DNA of 62,157 nucleotides, filler included, from Nanobdellati archaeon (GCA_013152815.1; 8 parts of 8 records of this genome joined end to end with filler, not necessarily neighbours in it); one strand, 5' to 3'; numbered from the whole stretch's first letter, positions 29,230-40,647 are shown. Numbers and translations are program-made. Notes: a model not told the origin generated them from the sequence alone.

Positions 29230-30528
29230 ATGGATATCGCAGTCATCGGAACAGGATATGTCGGGCTGGTCGCAGGGACCTGCCTGGCAAAGCTCGGCAA
29301 CACCATCTGGAACGTGGACGTCGATGAGGCGAAGATAGCCAAGCTCAGGAAAGGAGAGATGCCCATCTACGAGCCAGGCATAGCAGATGTGATGCGGCTC
29401 AACGTCAAGGAGCACCGCCAGTTCTTCTCCACCGACATCAAGGAGGCGGTCGAAAAGGCAGAGGTCATCTTCATAGCAGTAGGTACGCCCCAGTCAGACG
29501 ATGGCCAGGCAGACCTCCGGTATGTCCTGCAGGTTGCAAGGGACATCGGCCGATACATGAACGGCTACAAGGTCATCGTGGACAAGTCGACCGTCCCCAT
29601 CGGGACTGCTGATCATGTCAAGGCGACCATCAAGGAACATCAGCAGCATCCCCATCTGTTCGACATGGTCTCCAACCCCGAGTTTCTCAGGGAAGGCCAG
29701 GCGCTGCATGACTTCATGCAGCCGGACAGGATCGTCCTGGGCGTCGAGTCCGAGAAGGCAAAGAACGTCATGTATCGCATCTATCGGGGCATCGAGCGGA
29801 CAGGAAAGCCCATCCTCTTCACCGACATCAAGAGCGCTGAGATGATCAAGTATGCGTCCAATGCCATGCTTGCCACAAGGATAAGCTTCATGAACATGCT
29901 CTCTCCGCTCTGCGAGAAGGTCGGAGCCGATGTGAAGATGGTCGCAAAGGGCATGGGGCTGGATTCCCGCATCGGGCCAAGATTCCTGCAGGCGGGCATC
30001 GGCTATGGTGGTTCCTGCTTCCCCAAGGATGTGCGGGCCATGATGCATTCGCTCAAGGCAGAGGGCTGTGATGCCTCGTTGCTTGACGCAGTGGATTCCA
30101 TCAATGACCGGGTCAGGGCAGCATTTGTCCAGAAGGTGAAGGACCACTACGGTTCGCTCAAAGGGTTGACCTTTGGCGCATGGGGGCTGGCATTCAAGCC
30201 CAATACCGATGATATGCGTGAAGCGCCGTCCATCACCATCATCCGGGCTCTCCAGAAAGAAGGGGCCAGTTTCGTCGCTTTCGATCCTGTCGCCCAGGAG
30301 ACCGCCTCGAAGGTGCTGGACGACCTCTCCTTTGTGGACAATCCCTATGACGCGGCCAAAGGCGTGGACGGGCTCATCCTGTTCACCGACTGGGACCAGT
30401 TCAGGCAGCTGGACATGATGAAGATAAAATCATCCATGAAACAGCCGGTCCTCTTCGACGGACGGAATGTCTTCGATCCCCATGTCATGAAGGAGAACGG
30501 CTTTGTCTATTACGGAACAGGTCGATGA
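29230..30528 (+). CDS. ugd: UDP-glucose 6-dehydrogenase
   Basis: [30 protein letters not shown] and FKPNTDD motifs. Confidence 0.95.
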   Translation: MDIAVIGTGYVGLVAGTCLAKLGNTIWNVDVDEAKIAKLRKGEMPIYEPGIADVMRLNVKEHRQFFSTDIKEAVEKAEVIFIAVGTPQSDDGQADLRYVLQVARDIGRYMNGYKVIVDKSTVPIGTADHVKATIKEHQQHPHLFDMVSNPEFLREGQALHDFMQPDRIVLGVESEKAKNVMYRIYRGIERTGKPILFTDIKSAEMIKYASNAMLATRISFMNMLSPLCEKVGADVKMVAKGMGLDSRIGPRFLQAGIGYGGSCFPKDVRAMMHSLKAEGCDASLLDAVDSINDRVRAAFVQKVKDHYGSLKGLTFGAWGLAFKPNTDDMREAPSITIIRALQKEGASFVAFDPVAQETASKVLDDLSFVDNPYDAAKGVDGLILFTDWDQFRQLDMMKIKSSMKQPVLFDGRNVFDPHVMKENGFVYYGTGR

Positions 30529-31214
30529 TGATGCGGATACTCGTGACCGGCGGTGCAGGGTTTCTCGGTAGCCATCTCTGTGATGCGCTTCTCGCCAAAG
30601 GCAACGATGTCATCTGCGTCGACAACTTCTTCACCGGTTCCAAGAAGAACATACAGCATCTGGAAGGGAATCCTCATTTCAAGACAATCTCCCATGACAT
30701 CATCGAGCCGTTGTTCATCGATGAGCACATCGACCAGATCTACAATCTTGCCTGTCCTGCCTCTCCTGTGCATTACCAGTTCAATGCCATCCGGACCATC
30801 AAGGCGAACATCATGGGAACGATCAACATGCTCGGCATGGCAAAGAAGCACCATGCAAGGATCCTGCAGGCCTCCACCTCTGAGGTCTATGGCGATCCCA
30901 CCGAGCATCCTCAGAAGGAGACCTATTGGGGCAACGTGAACTGCACAGGGATCCGCAGCTGCTACGATGAGGGCAAGCGGGCTGCAGAGACCCTTATGTT
31001 TGATTATCACAGGCAGAACAGCATCGATATCCGGGTGGTACGGATCTTCAACACCTACGGGCCCCGGATGGCACGCAATGACGGACGGGTGGTCTCCAAC
31101 TTCATCACCCAGGCTCTGGCGGGGAAGGATCTCACGATCTATGGTGACGGAAAGCAGACCCGCAGTTTCTGTTTCGTCAGTGATCTCATCAGGGGCATGA
31201 TTGCCATGATGGGA
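30525..31214 (+). CDS. UDP-glucuronate decarboxylase (SDR), truncated by gap
   Basis: [25 protein letters not shown] and YDEGKR motifs. Confidence 0.93.
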
Positions 31215-31314
31215 NNNNNNNNNNNNNNNNNNNNNNNNNNNNNNNNNNNNNNNNNNNNTTAATTAATTAANNNNNNNNNNNNNNNNNNNNNNNNNNNNNN
31301 NNNNNNNNNNNNNN
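31215..31314. other. Artificial contig linker (also at 35925-36024, 40389-40488, 45882-45981, 50305-50404, 54559-54658, 58198-58297)
   Basis: Identical N44-TTAATTAATTAA-N44 with stops in all six frames. Confidence 0.98.
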
Positions 31315-31428
31315 GCGGTGGCCAAGAAGCTCAACGAGCTCCTGCAGCCGGTGCGGGAGCATTTCGAGAAGGACAAGAAAGCGAAGGAGCTCCTCGAACA
31401 GGTCAAAAAATTCAATGTGACGAGATAA
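31315..31428 (+). CDS. tyrS: C-terminal fragment of archaeal tyrosine--tRNA ligase
   Basis: AVAKKLNELLQPVREHFE...KELLEQVKKFNVTR*. Confidence 0.75.
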   Translation, partial: AVAKKLNELLQPVREHFEKDKKAKELLEQVKKFNVTR

Positions 31429-31470
31429 ATAAGCCGATAGATGAGCTAATGAATAAGATACTGAGATAGA

Positions 31471-32538
31471 ATGCGACTTTCAGAATTCTCACGATGGCTC
31501 TGTCGACAGAAGCTAGACCTGGCTTTCTTTCTCACGTCATCTGGCAATAAAGTAGACAAGACGGTACAGTGGCTTACCGGCATCGCCGTCTCTGACTTTG
31601 CCTGCCTTCTTGTCGGCAAGAGCGGAAAAGCGACAACAACTTTTGTTAAAGGATTAGAACTTGAGAACGCCCGTTTGCAGAAACATACAGGAACCGTCAA
31701 ACAGACGAAACGCATCTGGGAAGACATTGAACCCGTACTCAAGAAAACGAAACGCATCGGCGTCAACATGGACAATCTTTCCTTTTCTGAAATCAGGACC
31801 TTGCGTAGGATCTCAAAGGCAAAGCTTGTCGATGTGAGTGAAGAAGTCAACAGGCTTCGAGAACTAAAAACCACGAGAGAGATCGCTTACCTCAAGAAAG
31901 CATGCGGGGAAGGCGACGCGATCTTCAAACAGGTCATCAAGCACTGGAAGACCTTCAAGACTGAACTTGATGTCGCTGCCTTCATCGTTACTGAAACATA
32001 TAGTCGTGGCTTGACATCAGCTTTTGAACCGATCGTTGCAACAGGCAAGCATGCTGCTGCCCCGCATTACTATCCGACGAAGAGCAAGCTTCTCAAAGGT
32101 TTCTGTGTCATCGACTTTGGCGTGAGGTATAAGGGCTACTGTTCTGATATGACCCGGACCCTCTATGTTGGCAAACCAACAAAAGAAGAGCGGGCAAGAT
32201 ATGAACTCTGCCTTGCATCTCAGAAGCTAGGTGTCAAGATGAGCACAACAGGCACTAAATCCAAAGATATTGACTTTGCCGTCCGTGATGCTCTAGGAAA
32301 AGAAGCCAAAAACTTCAACCACGGCCTAGGCCACCAGGTCGGTCTTGATGTGCATGAGAACCCGCAAAGAGCCATCAACCGCAGGGGTGATTTTTCTCTG
32401 GAGCAGGGTATGGCTATCACCATCGAACCCGGCATCTATGAACCCGGAAAGTACGGCATCCGGATCGAGGATACGCTCATCGTCGGCAGGAAACCCATCA
32501 TCCTCACAAAGACGACGAAACAGCTTATTACCGTTTGA
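31471..32538 (+). CDS. Xaa-Pro peptidase (M24 family)
   Basis: PH, IDFG, YCSDMTRT, HGLGH, HE, IEPG and RIED motifs. Confidence 0.93.
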   Translation: MRLSEFSRWLCRQKLDLAFFLTSSGNKVDKTVQWLTGIAVSDFACLLVGKSGKATTTFVKGLELENARLQKHTGTVKQTKRIWEDIEPVLKKTKRIGVNMDNLSFSEIRTLRRISKAKLVDVSEEVNRLRELKTTREIAYLKKACGEGDAIFKQVIKHWKTFKTELDVAAFIVTETYSRGLTSAFEPIVATGKHAAAPHYYPTKSKLLKGFCVIDFGVRYKGYCSDMTRTLYVGKPTKEERARYELCLASQKLGVKMSTTGTKSKDIDFAVRDALGKEAKNFNHGLGHQVGLDVHENPQRAINRRGDFSLEQGMAITIEPGIYEPGKYGIRIEDTLIVGRKPIILTKTTKQLITV

Positions 32539-33100
32539 TTAACAACTTTTCCTTCTGAAAAAGATCACGGAACACTTTCACATACGTCCTGAACACCATA
32601 TCAATTCTAAGAAGATACACATGAGCAACGCCTTTCTTAGATGATGGTCCTTCAACATTATTTATGATCTTATGCAAATCAGTGAATCTTTTCATAAGCA
32701 TGGCAAGCGTTCCCTTATCAAGACGAACCGACCGTTTTTGGGCCTTTGATTGCTTGATAAGGACTTTTTTCGTTGCTCGCCAATCTTTGTGTTGGATACC
32801 ATCTCGCAACGAATTTTTGATATGTTCTTCTTCTTTTTCAATGGCCAACTCTTGTAAATCATTTTCCTGAAGAATGAATAGGATTTCTTGTATTTTATCA
32901 AAGAGGTCTTCATTAGCTGCGTGAAGTGCTTTATCACCGCCACATTTCTCAGAGAGATGGAGGTAGATGTGCTCCCAACCAAGTAATTTGGATGCTATCT
33001 CATGTGATTCGGTTATCTCGCTTTTCTTTATATTGATGCCCTGTTCTAAGTTCTTTAAGTGTTCAAGCGATTGGCCCCAAAGATCATAACTACCTTTCAT
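32528..33100 (-). CDS. Hypothetical helical protein, AT-rich
   Basis: 190-aa ORF on the opposite strand between the peptidase genes. Confidence 0.6.
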   Translation of the reverse strand: MKGSYDLWGQSLEHLKNLEQGINIKKSEITESHEIASKLLGWEHIYLHLSEKCGGDKALHAANEDLFDKIQEILFILQENDLQELAIEKEEEHIKNSLRDGIQHKDWRATKKVLIKQSKAQKRSVRLDKGTLAMLMKRFTDLHKIINNVEGPSSKKGVAHVYLLRIDMVFRTYVKVFRDLFQKEKLLIKR

Positions 33101-33180
33101 TCATGAATATGACCCGCCCTGCCTTATATTTCTTTTTCATGAACGATATCTTTAAATACCCTTTCTTTGAGGAGACATGC

Positions 33181-34596
33181 ATGGATACCGATCTTGCCGA
33201 CTTTGCCGTCACTTTCGCCCGGAAGAACGGCTGCGAATATGCCGAGGCAAGGATGGAACATGCAGAGTCCGATGCCTATCTCCTGAAGAACGGCATCCCG
33301 CAGATATCCGGCTTCGACGAGACCACCGGCATGGGCGTCCGGTTTCTTCACCAGGGCGCCCTGGGATTCTTCTCGTCCAACGCACTCACCCGGACCCATC
33401 TCCGGGAGGGGATCCTCAACGCCATCAGGAAGACCAAAGCAGCACTGCCCCTCGCGAGCAAGGTATCCTTCGCAGAGGAGAAAGCATACCAGAAGACCTA
33501 TCGGGTCAGGCAACGACGGCCGTTCGCAGATGTCTCGCCCGAAGACAAGCTTGCAGAACTCACCTCGATCGACAAGGCCCTCAAGCAGTCCAAGGCAAAC
33601 GTGATCTCCTCTTTCTTCGAACTCTCCGACACTATCCACAGCAAGTATCTGGTCACCTCTGATGGCGCACGTATCCGCTCTGAGATACCTCGGGTCTCTT
33701 TCTTCTACATGATGACCATCCAGGAAGGGGGACGATCAAACCAACGATACTGGGAAAACGCCAACGTCGGAGGATTTGAGGCAGTGAAGAGATGGAACCT
33801 CGCAGAGACTCTCCAAAGCGAGGCAGAAGCCCTGAGAAAGAACCTCCTGGACGGGAGAAAGGCCCCTTCCCAGAAGCTTGACGTCGTGGTAGGTCCGCAG
33901 ATAGCAGGCATCATGGCCCACGAGGCATCCGGCCATCCGATGGAAGCGGACAGGATCCTCGGGCGCGAAGCGGCACAGGCCGGCGAATCCTTCATCACCC
34001 AGGACATGCAGGGGACGAGGATAGGTTCTGACGCCGTCTCAGTGGTCGATGATCCGACCCTGGAAAACACCTACGGCTACTTCCTCTATGATGACGAGGG
34101 AGTGAAGGCCCGGAAGAAATATCTTTACAAGAAAGGCATCATCGATGAATTTCTCCACAACAAGGAGACCGCGGCCCTCATGGGCGTCAAGAGCAACGGT
34201 TCCAGCAGGGCCTCTGCCTATGACCGGGAGCCTTTGCTAAGGATGTCCAACACCTTCATCGAGCCAGGAACCTATGCGAAAGACGAGCTCTTCGAGGACA
34301 TCAAGCTCGGTGTCTACATGAAGAACTTCACCGAATGGAACATCGACGACCGGCGGTTCCAGCAGAAATATGTGGGTGCAGAATGTTATCTCATCAAGGA
34401 TGGCAGGCTGACCGACCAGGCAGTCTTCGGACCTGCCCTGGAAATAACGACACCGCAGCTCTATGGTTCCATCGACGCATGCGGGAAGGACCTTGAATAC
34501 CATCCCGGCAACTGCGGCAAGGGCGAGCCCATGCAGGGCATACCCGTAACCCTGGGGGGTCCGAGCGTCCGTATACGAAACCTGAGGCTGAACTGA
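33181..34596 (+). CDS. tldD: TldD family metalloprotease
   Basis: HEASGH, DDEG, RMSNT and CGKGEPMQ motifs. Confidence 0.92.
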   Translation: MDTDLADFAVTFARKNGCEYAEARMEHAESDAYLLKNGIPQISGFDETTGMGVRFLHQGALGFFSSNALTRTHLREGILNAIRKTKAALPLASKVSFAEEKAYQKTYRVRQRRPFADVSPEDKLAELTSIDKALKQSKANVISSFFELSDTIHSKYLVTSDGARIRSEIPRVSFFYMMTIQEGGRSNQRYWENANVGGFEAVKRWNLAETLQSEAEALRKNLLDGRKAPSQKLDVVVGPQIAGIMAHEASGHPMEADRILGREAAQAGESFITQDMQGTRIGSDAVSVVDDPTLENTYGYFLYDDEGVKARKKYLYKKGIIDEFLHNKETAALMGVKSNGSSRASAYDREPLLRMSNTFIEPGTYAKDELFEDIKLGVYMKNFTEWNIDDRRFQQKYVGAECYLIKDGRLTDQAVFGPALEITTPQLYGSIDACGKDLEYHPGNCGKGEPMQGIPVTLGGPSVRIRNLRLN

Positions 34597-35921
34597 TGAA
34601 AAAAGTCATGGCATACCTCCTTAAAGAGCTTCGTAAGCTAGGCGATGATGTCATCATCGACGGGACGGTCTCCGACGATATGCAGGTCAAATTCTCCAAT
34701 TCTGAGATCGTCGGAACGTACACCTGGCATCATGCCAGCATAAGCGTGTTCGTCAACTTCGGCAAGCGTCTGGTCTCCACGGCACTCAACGAACCGACCC
34801 TCTCCAAGGCGAGACGCCTCATCAAGAAGATCGCCGCCCTTGCGAGAACGGCCCCTGAGAACAAGGAGTTCGTCGGAATCGCCAGGGGTCCCTTCACCTA
34901 CAAGCCGATCAGGGACGGCTATGACCCGCTCATCGCCAGGCAGGACCCTTCGCTCATCGAGGATGTGGTGGATGCGCTTCGCTATGCGAAGAGCCGATCG
35001 ATCAAGAGGACCGCAGGAGTCCTTGAGACCAGCAGTTTCCAGCACAGCATCCTCTCCTCTGCAGATGTCGATGTTCAGGAGAAGGGCACGATCATCTATT
35101 TCACCCTCCGAGCATTCAAGAACAAGGAAGCATCCGGTCATCACGGCGGCTTCGCGAGGCTTCGGGCAGGCATCGATTTCAGGAAGATCGTGGATGTGGC
35201 AGCTGACATCGCCCTCAAGGCAGGGAAACCCAGGAACATCCCTCCAGGCACCTATGATGTGCTCTTCACCCCGCTTGCTGCAGCGTCCATCCTCATGCAT
35301 GTCGGCAACGCAGCGTCCGCCTTCTCGGTGGAATCTGGCCAGAGCCCTTATCATGACACGCTTGGAAAACGGGTAGCCGGCAAGGCAGTGACGCTCTATG
35401 ATGACGGTACTCTCAAGGGAGGCTATCATTCCTCTTCCTTCGATGAAGAAGGGCGGCCCACCCAACGCACCAAGATGATCGATAAAGGCATGCTCAGGAC
35501 CTTTCTCCATAATACCAGCACTGCAGCCAGGTTCAAGGCCAGACCGACAGGCAACGCGGGCATCATCTCTCCAGAGTCCACCAATATCGTCCTTTCTCCA
35601 GGAAAGCGAAGCCCCGAGGAACTCCTGCGCAGCATGAAGCGAGGACTCTACATCACCAATGTCTGGTACACCCGTTTCCAGAACTATCACACAGGCGACT
35701 TCTCCACTATCCCCCGGGATGCTGCCTTCCTCATCGAAGACGGCCGGATCAAGCATAGCGTCCGCAACATCCGCATCTCAGAGAACCTGCTCAACATCAT
35801 GAAGAACCTGGCTGAGACAGGGAACGACCCTCAGCCCATCATCGGCTGGGAAGCAGAAACGCCCTGCGTGACACCGCATGTGCTCATCCGGAAAGTCAAC
35901 ATCACCCGACCGACCAAGTGA
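34596..35921 (+). CDS. tldE: TldE/PmbA family protein
   Basis: FDEEG, TGNA and WYTRFQN motifs; no HExxxH; coupled to tldD. Confidence 0.88.
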   Translation: MKKVMAYLLKELRKLGDDVIIDGTVSDDMQVKFSNSEIVGTYTWHHASISVFVNFGKRLVSTALNEPTLSKARRLIKKIAALARTAPENKEFVGIARGPFTYKPIRDGYDPLIARQDPSLIEDVVDALRYAKSRSIKRTAGVLETSSFQHSILSSADVDVQEKGTIIYFTLRAFKNKEASGHHGGFARLRAGIDFRKIVDVAADIALKAGKPRNIPPGTYDVLFTPLAAASILMHVGNAASAFSVESGQSPYHDTLGKRVAGKAVTLYDDGTLKGGYHSSSFDEEGRPTQRTKMIDKGMLRTFLHNTSTAARFKARPTGNAGIISPESTNIVLSPGKRSPEELLRSMKRGLYITNVWYTRFQNYHTGDFSTIPRDAAFLIEDGRIKHSVRNIRISENLLNIMKNLAETGNDPQPIIGWEAETPCVTPHVLIRKVNITRPTK

Positions 35922-36308
35922 ACANNNNNNNNNNNNNNNNNNNNNNNNNNNNNNNNNNNNNNNNNNNNTTAATTAATTAANNNNNNNNNNNNNNNNNNNN
36001 NNNNNNNNNNNNNNNNNNNNNNNNCAGAAGAAAAAACAGCATGAGCACAGGAACTCAGACCGTCACCACTGTTCTACGCTTCATGCGCATGAAGAACTTC
36101 TTGCCCCTCTTTTCGAACTGCTGATGGGTGTAGCATGCTCCCTTGACCTTGATGTCATCAAGGAACATGGAGGCACCCACTAGCCTCACATCCACATGAT
36201 GGATAACCAACCACCCCCCTGCTGCAATCTTCGATTTCCAGATATAAAAAACTATCGCTTGCTGGTCTGGTAAAACGTATACTAGATTAACTGAGAATGT
36301 TCCGACAC

Positions 36309-36533
36309 TCAGTCTTCCGGAAGCATGTGCTTGGAGATGGTGACCCCTCCGATGATGGCACCGGGCTCAGCATGCTTTGCGCATCCCTCACAGAGGTCGA
36401 TGGTGGTGTCTGCATTCACCCTGATGCGTGTGCGATGGGTCTCGCAGCACCAGTTGTTGCATTCGTCACAATAACTTTGCGTATGGCTGTCGCAGAACTT
36501 GCAATGTCCTGCCTCGAAAAGATCCTCTGTCAT
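36309..36533 (-). CDS. Small zinc-finger protein
   Basis: CxxC, CxxC, CxxH, CxxC; GGAAGA upstream; follows purH. Confidence 0.65.
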   Translation of the reverse strand: MTEDLFEAGHCKFCDSHTQSYCDECNNWCCETHRTRIRVNADTTIDLCEGCAKHAEPGAIIGGVTISKHMLPED

Positions 36534-36542
36534 TTTTTCTTC

Positions 36543-38087
36543 CTAATGCCTGAACGCCCGTGTGCGGGTGAAGACCATGGCCATCCTGTTCTCGTCACAG
36601 GCATCGATGGACTCCTGATCGCGTATGGACCCTCCTGGCTGGATGATCGCAGCCACTCCGAGCGATGCTGCCAGGTCGACCGTATCCCGAAAAGGGAAGA
36701 ACGCATCAGACACCATGACGCTTCCTTTGAGGTCATGGCCTGCTTTCGCAGCCTTCTCCTTGGCGATGAAGGCCGCGTCTATCCTTGACATCTGGCCTGC
36801 TCCGATGCCTATGGTCCTCTTTCCTTTGATGAACAGGATGGTGTTGGACTTGACATGTCTGGCAACCTTCCAGCCGAAGAGCATGTCCTCCACCTGTCCG
36901 GGGCTTGGGATGCTCTTCGTCACGGTCTCGAGGTCGGTCTCCAGGATACTCTTCCGGTCCTCGTCCTGGACGAGCAGGCCTCCTGCTATGCGCTTATACT
37001 GGAGCGCTTTCTTTTTGTGGTCTGGCAGAGGCAGAGGAAGCCGCAATACCCTCAGGTTCTTCTTCTGCCGAAGCAGCTCAAGGGCCTTCTCCTCATAGTC
37101 TGGCGCGATGATGATCTCGAAGAACATCTCCTTCATCTGTTCTGCCGTCGTGAGATCAAGCTTCCTGTTGAACGCGACGATGCCGCCGAATGATGATTGC
37201 CTGTCGCAGGCAAGCGCCAGGGCATAGGTCTCTGAAAGGGAGGTTCCCATGGCCACGCCGCAGGGATTGGTGTGCTTGACGATGACGGTCGCAGGATGGT
37301 CGAACTCGGCTATGGCGCCATGGGCAGCGTCGGCATCCATGAGATTGTTGAACGAGAGCGCCTTTCCGTTGAGCTGCTCTGCTGTGACGATGCCCTCTCC
37401 TCCCGGTTCCTGGTAAAGCGCCGCCTGTTGATGAGGGTTCTCTCCATAGCGGAGATCCTGCTTTTTCTCGAAGGTGAGATTCAAGATAGGCGGGAACAGG
37501 GTATGGGCATGTCTCTCGAGATAGCTGCTGATGATGGCATCATATCGTGCCGTATGGGCAAAGGCCTTCCTCGCGAGTGATGCCTTAAGGTCGTCGTCCA
37601 GCCTGCCGCTCCTGTCCAGCGCCTCAAGGATCATGCTGTAGTCTCCGGGGTCCACGACCGCTCCGACCGACGCCTGGTTCTTTGCCGCTGCCCTGATCAT
37701 GGTGGGGCCGCCGATGTCGATGTTCTCAAGGGCCTGGTCAAAGGTATGGTCCTTGGCAGTGACCTGCTCGAAGGGATAAAGGTTGACCACGACGAGGTCG
37801 ATGGGCGTTATGCCCTGCTCCTCAAGCTGGCTGAGCTGAGACGGTGTCCTCCTCGCCAGGATGCCCCCGTGGATCTTCGGATGGAGGGTCTTGACCCTGC
37901 CGTCGAGGATCTCTGGAAAACCGGTCACGTCGCTGACCTTCCTGACCAGGACATCGTTCTCAGAGAGGAGCTTTGCAGTGCCTCCGGTGGAGATGATATC
38001 CCATCCCTTCTCTTTCAGCCCTTTGGCAAATTCCACGATGCCCCTCTTGTCGAAGACAGAGAGCAATGCCTGTTTCGCCCGATCCAT
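36543..38087 (-). CDS. purH: Bifunctional AICAR transformylase/IMP cyclohydrolase
   Basis: ALLSVFDK, GRVKTLHP, LRYGENPHQ, KHTNPCG, SDAFFPF and R.FRH motifs. Confidence 0.97.
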   Translation of the reverse strand: MDRAKQALLSVFDKRGIVEFAKGLKEKGWDIISTGGTAKLLSENDVLVRKVSDVTGFPEILDGRVKTLHPKIHGGILARRTPSQLSQLEEQGITPIDLVVVNLYPFEQVTAKDHTFDQALENIDIGGPTMIRAAAKNQASVGAVVDPGDYSMILEALDRSGRLDDDLKASLARKAFAHTARYDAIISSYLERHAHTLFPPILNLTFEKKQDLRYGENPHQQAALYQEPGGEGIVTAEQLNGKALSFNNLMDADAAHGAIAEFDHPATVIVKHTNPCGVAMGTSLSETYALALACDRQSSFGGIVAFNRKLDLTTAEQMKEMFFEIIIAPDYEEKALELLRQKKNLRVLRLPLPLPDHKKKALQYKRIAGGLLVQDEDRKSILETDLETVTKSIPSPGQVEDMLFGWKVARHVKSNTILFIKGKRTIGIGAGQMSRIDAAFIAKEKAAKAGHDLKGSVMVSDAFFPFRDTVDLAASLGVAAIIQPGGSIRDQESIDACDENRMAMVFTRTRAFRH

Positions 38088-38345
38088 GGATGATGCAGAA
38101 GAACAGGCATCTTTTAAAGGTTTCGCGTGAAGAGCTATTATGAAATCCTGCAGAGAAATGCCGAATACCTGCCCTACTCCATCGACGATGCTCAGCAACA
38201 AGTTGCTGGCACCAAAGGGAACCGTATACGTTGCATACGAACCTCGTCGATCATGTCTGGCCAGCCATCATTGTCCTCCTTTCAGTCGGAAATGCTGACA
38301 TTGATGGCACAGACGGTCATGTATTCGGCAAGAAAGCAGAGGATC

Positions 38346-38990
38346 TCATATTGGCCGCGTGAGGAACCTGGCGAGCTTCTTCATGGCTTTGGTGCGGTGC
38401 AGAAACCCAAGTTTCTCGTCGGTGGAGAAAGCGACGAGCGGCTTTCGTTTCCCTTCCGGGACAAAGATACGCTCGTAGGGCAGCACGTCTTTTTCTGCCC
38501 CGGTCACCCTGAGCTGTATCCTGCCTTTCATCTCTCCCCTGAACACATGAGCTTTTTCCCGGGGCCTGCAGAACCCGACGGCAGAGACGAACCTTGCCCT
38601 CTTGTCCTTTCCCCTGAGGAGACGGAACAGTCCGTCATAGCCGATGCCTGCAAAGACGAATTTTGGGAATGCTCCTGGAAAACCTGGATAGGCATCGAAG
38701 AACACGCCGGTATCCTCGACCATCACCGGCCGCTTCAGCCTGTCTGCGAGCTGTTTCGCCGCCTTGGCTGCTATCTCTTCTATGGAATCATCAGACGCTT
38801 CATCGTAGGGCCGCTTCAGTCCCTTCACGCCGATGCCGAAAGGAGCGAGGACAGCCTTCGCCTGCATGACCTTGTGTTTATTGGTGGTGATGAAAAGAAG
38901 TTCCCTGTTCTTCATCTTGTCTTCGCCTTTTCCTTTTCTATCGCTTTCATGTCGTTCCTGTCCTGTCCTTTCCATCACATCCCTGGTCAT
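38346..38990 (-). CDS. rdgB: Non-canonical purine NTP pyrophosphatase (RdgB/HAM1); start may be 38915
   Basis: TTNKHK, VEDTG, GFPG and HR motifs. Confidence 0.88.
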   Translation of the reverse strand: MTRDVMERTGQERHESDRKGKGEDKMKNRELLFITTNKHKVMQAKAVLAPFGIGVKGLKRPYDEASDDSIEEIAAKAAKQLADRLKRPVMVEDTGVFFDAYPGFPGAFPKFVFAGIGYDGLFRLLRGKDKRARFVSAVGFCRPREKAHVFRGEMKGRIQLRVTGAEKDVLPYERIFVPEGKRKPLVAFSTDEKLGFLHRTKAMKKLARFLTRPI

Positions 38991-39607
38991 GTTCTCTCGT
39001 CGCTGATGTGGACGCGCTCACCCTCCAGACGGATACGGCCGTCGAGGACCAGGCCGATGGCTTCGGGATAGGTCTCGTGTTCGATGGAAAGCCCCCTTTT
39101 GGTGAACGATTCCAGGGTATCGTCCTCCCGACGGATGTTGAGCCTCTGGATGATGATGGGTCCTGAATCGACACCCTCGTCGACAAAATGCACAGTGCAT
39201 CCTGCAACCTTTGCACCGGCGTTCCATGCGTCCTCATAGGCATGGGCTCCTGGAAAAGAGGGGAGCAGTGCCGGGTGGATGTTGATGATCCTTCCTCTGT
39301 ATCTTCTTACGAACCAGGGCGAGAGTATCCTCATGAAACCGGCCAGGACGATGAGCCCGGGCCTGAGCCTGTCGATGATGGCCGCGAGTTCCCGGTCAAA
39401 GGTCATGCGGTCCTTGTCCTTTGCATTGATGAAAAACTCCGGGATGTCGGCGTCCCTCGCCCGTCCCCTGACCTTTGCGTCTTCCCTGTCGGTGATGAGC
39501 CCGGCAACCTCTGCGTCGAGGCTTCCTTCCTTGATGCGGTCGATGATGGCCTGGAAATTGGAGCCGTTCCCTGATGCCAGCACCACAAGCTTCCTGTCGG
39601 CTTCCAT
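38987..39607 (-). CDS. purN: Phosphoribosylglycinamide formyltransferase
   Basis: SGNGSN, LAGFMRIL, NIHPALLP and HFVDEGVDSGPII motifs. Confidence 0.96.
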   Translation of the reverse strand: MEADRKLVVLASGNGSNFQAIIDRIKEGSLDAEVAGLITDREDAKVRGRARDADIPEFFINAKDKDRMTFDRELAAIIDRLRPGLIVLAGFMRILSPWFVRRYRGRIINIHPALLPSFPGAHAYEDAWNAGAKVAGCTVHFVDEGVDSGPIIIQRLNIRREDDTLESFTKRGLSIEHETYPEAIGLVLDGRIRLEGERVHISDERT

Positions 39608-40019
39608 GGGCAGTCGGTGTCTTTTCCTGTTTATACATTTTCTCCTTTTTTTTGCTTTCGTGCCTTCTGTTCTTGTCCTTCAGGACCGAAGATGACTCAG
39701 GAGTGGCATCAGGACCTGATTTTCCCCAAAAAAAACATCATCTATATGAAGAAAAAAGTCGTTACAGGTTTCTGATGACATGCCTTTTCTCTCTTCTTCT
39801 GTCGTCGACAAAATTCTCTTTCTTGATTTTTGTAACTGGGCGATAATCCTCCAGATTTTTGGTGATGGCGTCTATACTTCCGATACCGAGAATGTTTAAA
39901 TACAAGATACCACTTACAGATGAACGAAAAAAGTATTCATGCTGCAATGGCAAAATAATTTGAGTACATCGCAATTGTAACAGGGATGCGGGATTCGCAA
40001 TCGTTCAAGGGGGGAATTC

Positions 40020-40217
40020 ATGACTGCACTCGGCAAGACGAGCAGAGAGAGCGCTCTCGTCCTGGGCATGGCCCGGGATCTGAAACGTTCCTTTGCCTTC
40101 AACGGCATGGCCAGACGGCATGTCGCTGACGATGCCGGGGGCATAGCCCAACTCATCAGAGCCTATGGGGAAAGCATCGCCGAAAGCCAACAGGCAGAGC
40201 TTCTTCCTGCGCAATGA
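40020..40217 (+). CDS. Possible small hypothetical protein
   Basis: G-rich RBS-like sequence before the ATG and an upstream AT-rich promoter region. Confidence 0.4.
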   Translation: MTALGKTSRESALVLGMARDLKRSFAFNGMARRHVADDAGGIAQLIRAYGESIAESQQAELLPAQ

Positions 40218-40647
40218 TGGCTCATTCAGGGTCACAACAGTGATACAGCGTCCAGGAATGCTGTCCAGCTGCATCTGACGGAAGGATGAGGATGCACACC
40301 TCACGTTAGTGAGGATAGAGATATATTTGTAGCGTTATGGCTACCATGAGCCGGCAAGGCTGTCACAGCCAATGATCGGTAACAAACANNNNNNNNNNNN
40401 NNNNNNNNNNNNNNNNNNNNNNNNNNNNNNNNTTAATTAATTAANNNNNNNNNNNNNNNNNNNNNNNNNNNNNNNNNNNNNNNNNNNNAACACCAGTCCC
40501 CAGAATACAGGATAATCCGGTTGGAAGGGCATTACACAGTAGGAGAAATGGGATTTATCAGGTGGTTGACCGAGACTGGAGTGAGGGGCAACAATCTTCT
40601 GGACAACAACCGTATTTTCTTCTGGGATCCGCGGGTGAGCAGGAAGA

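Noticed and set aside
36056..36170. 37-aa minus-strand ORF MFLDDIKVKGACY...
   Set aside because: Too short, next to a contig end and without a recognisable motif; cannot be supported.
38127..39071. 314-aa plus-strand ORF
   Set aside because: Mostly antisense to rdgB and purN, with no family signal.
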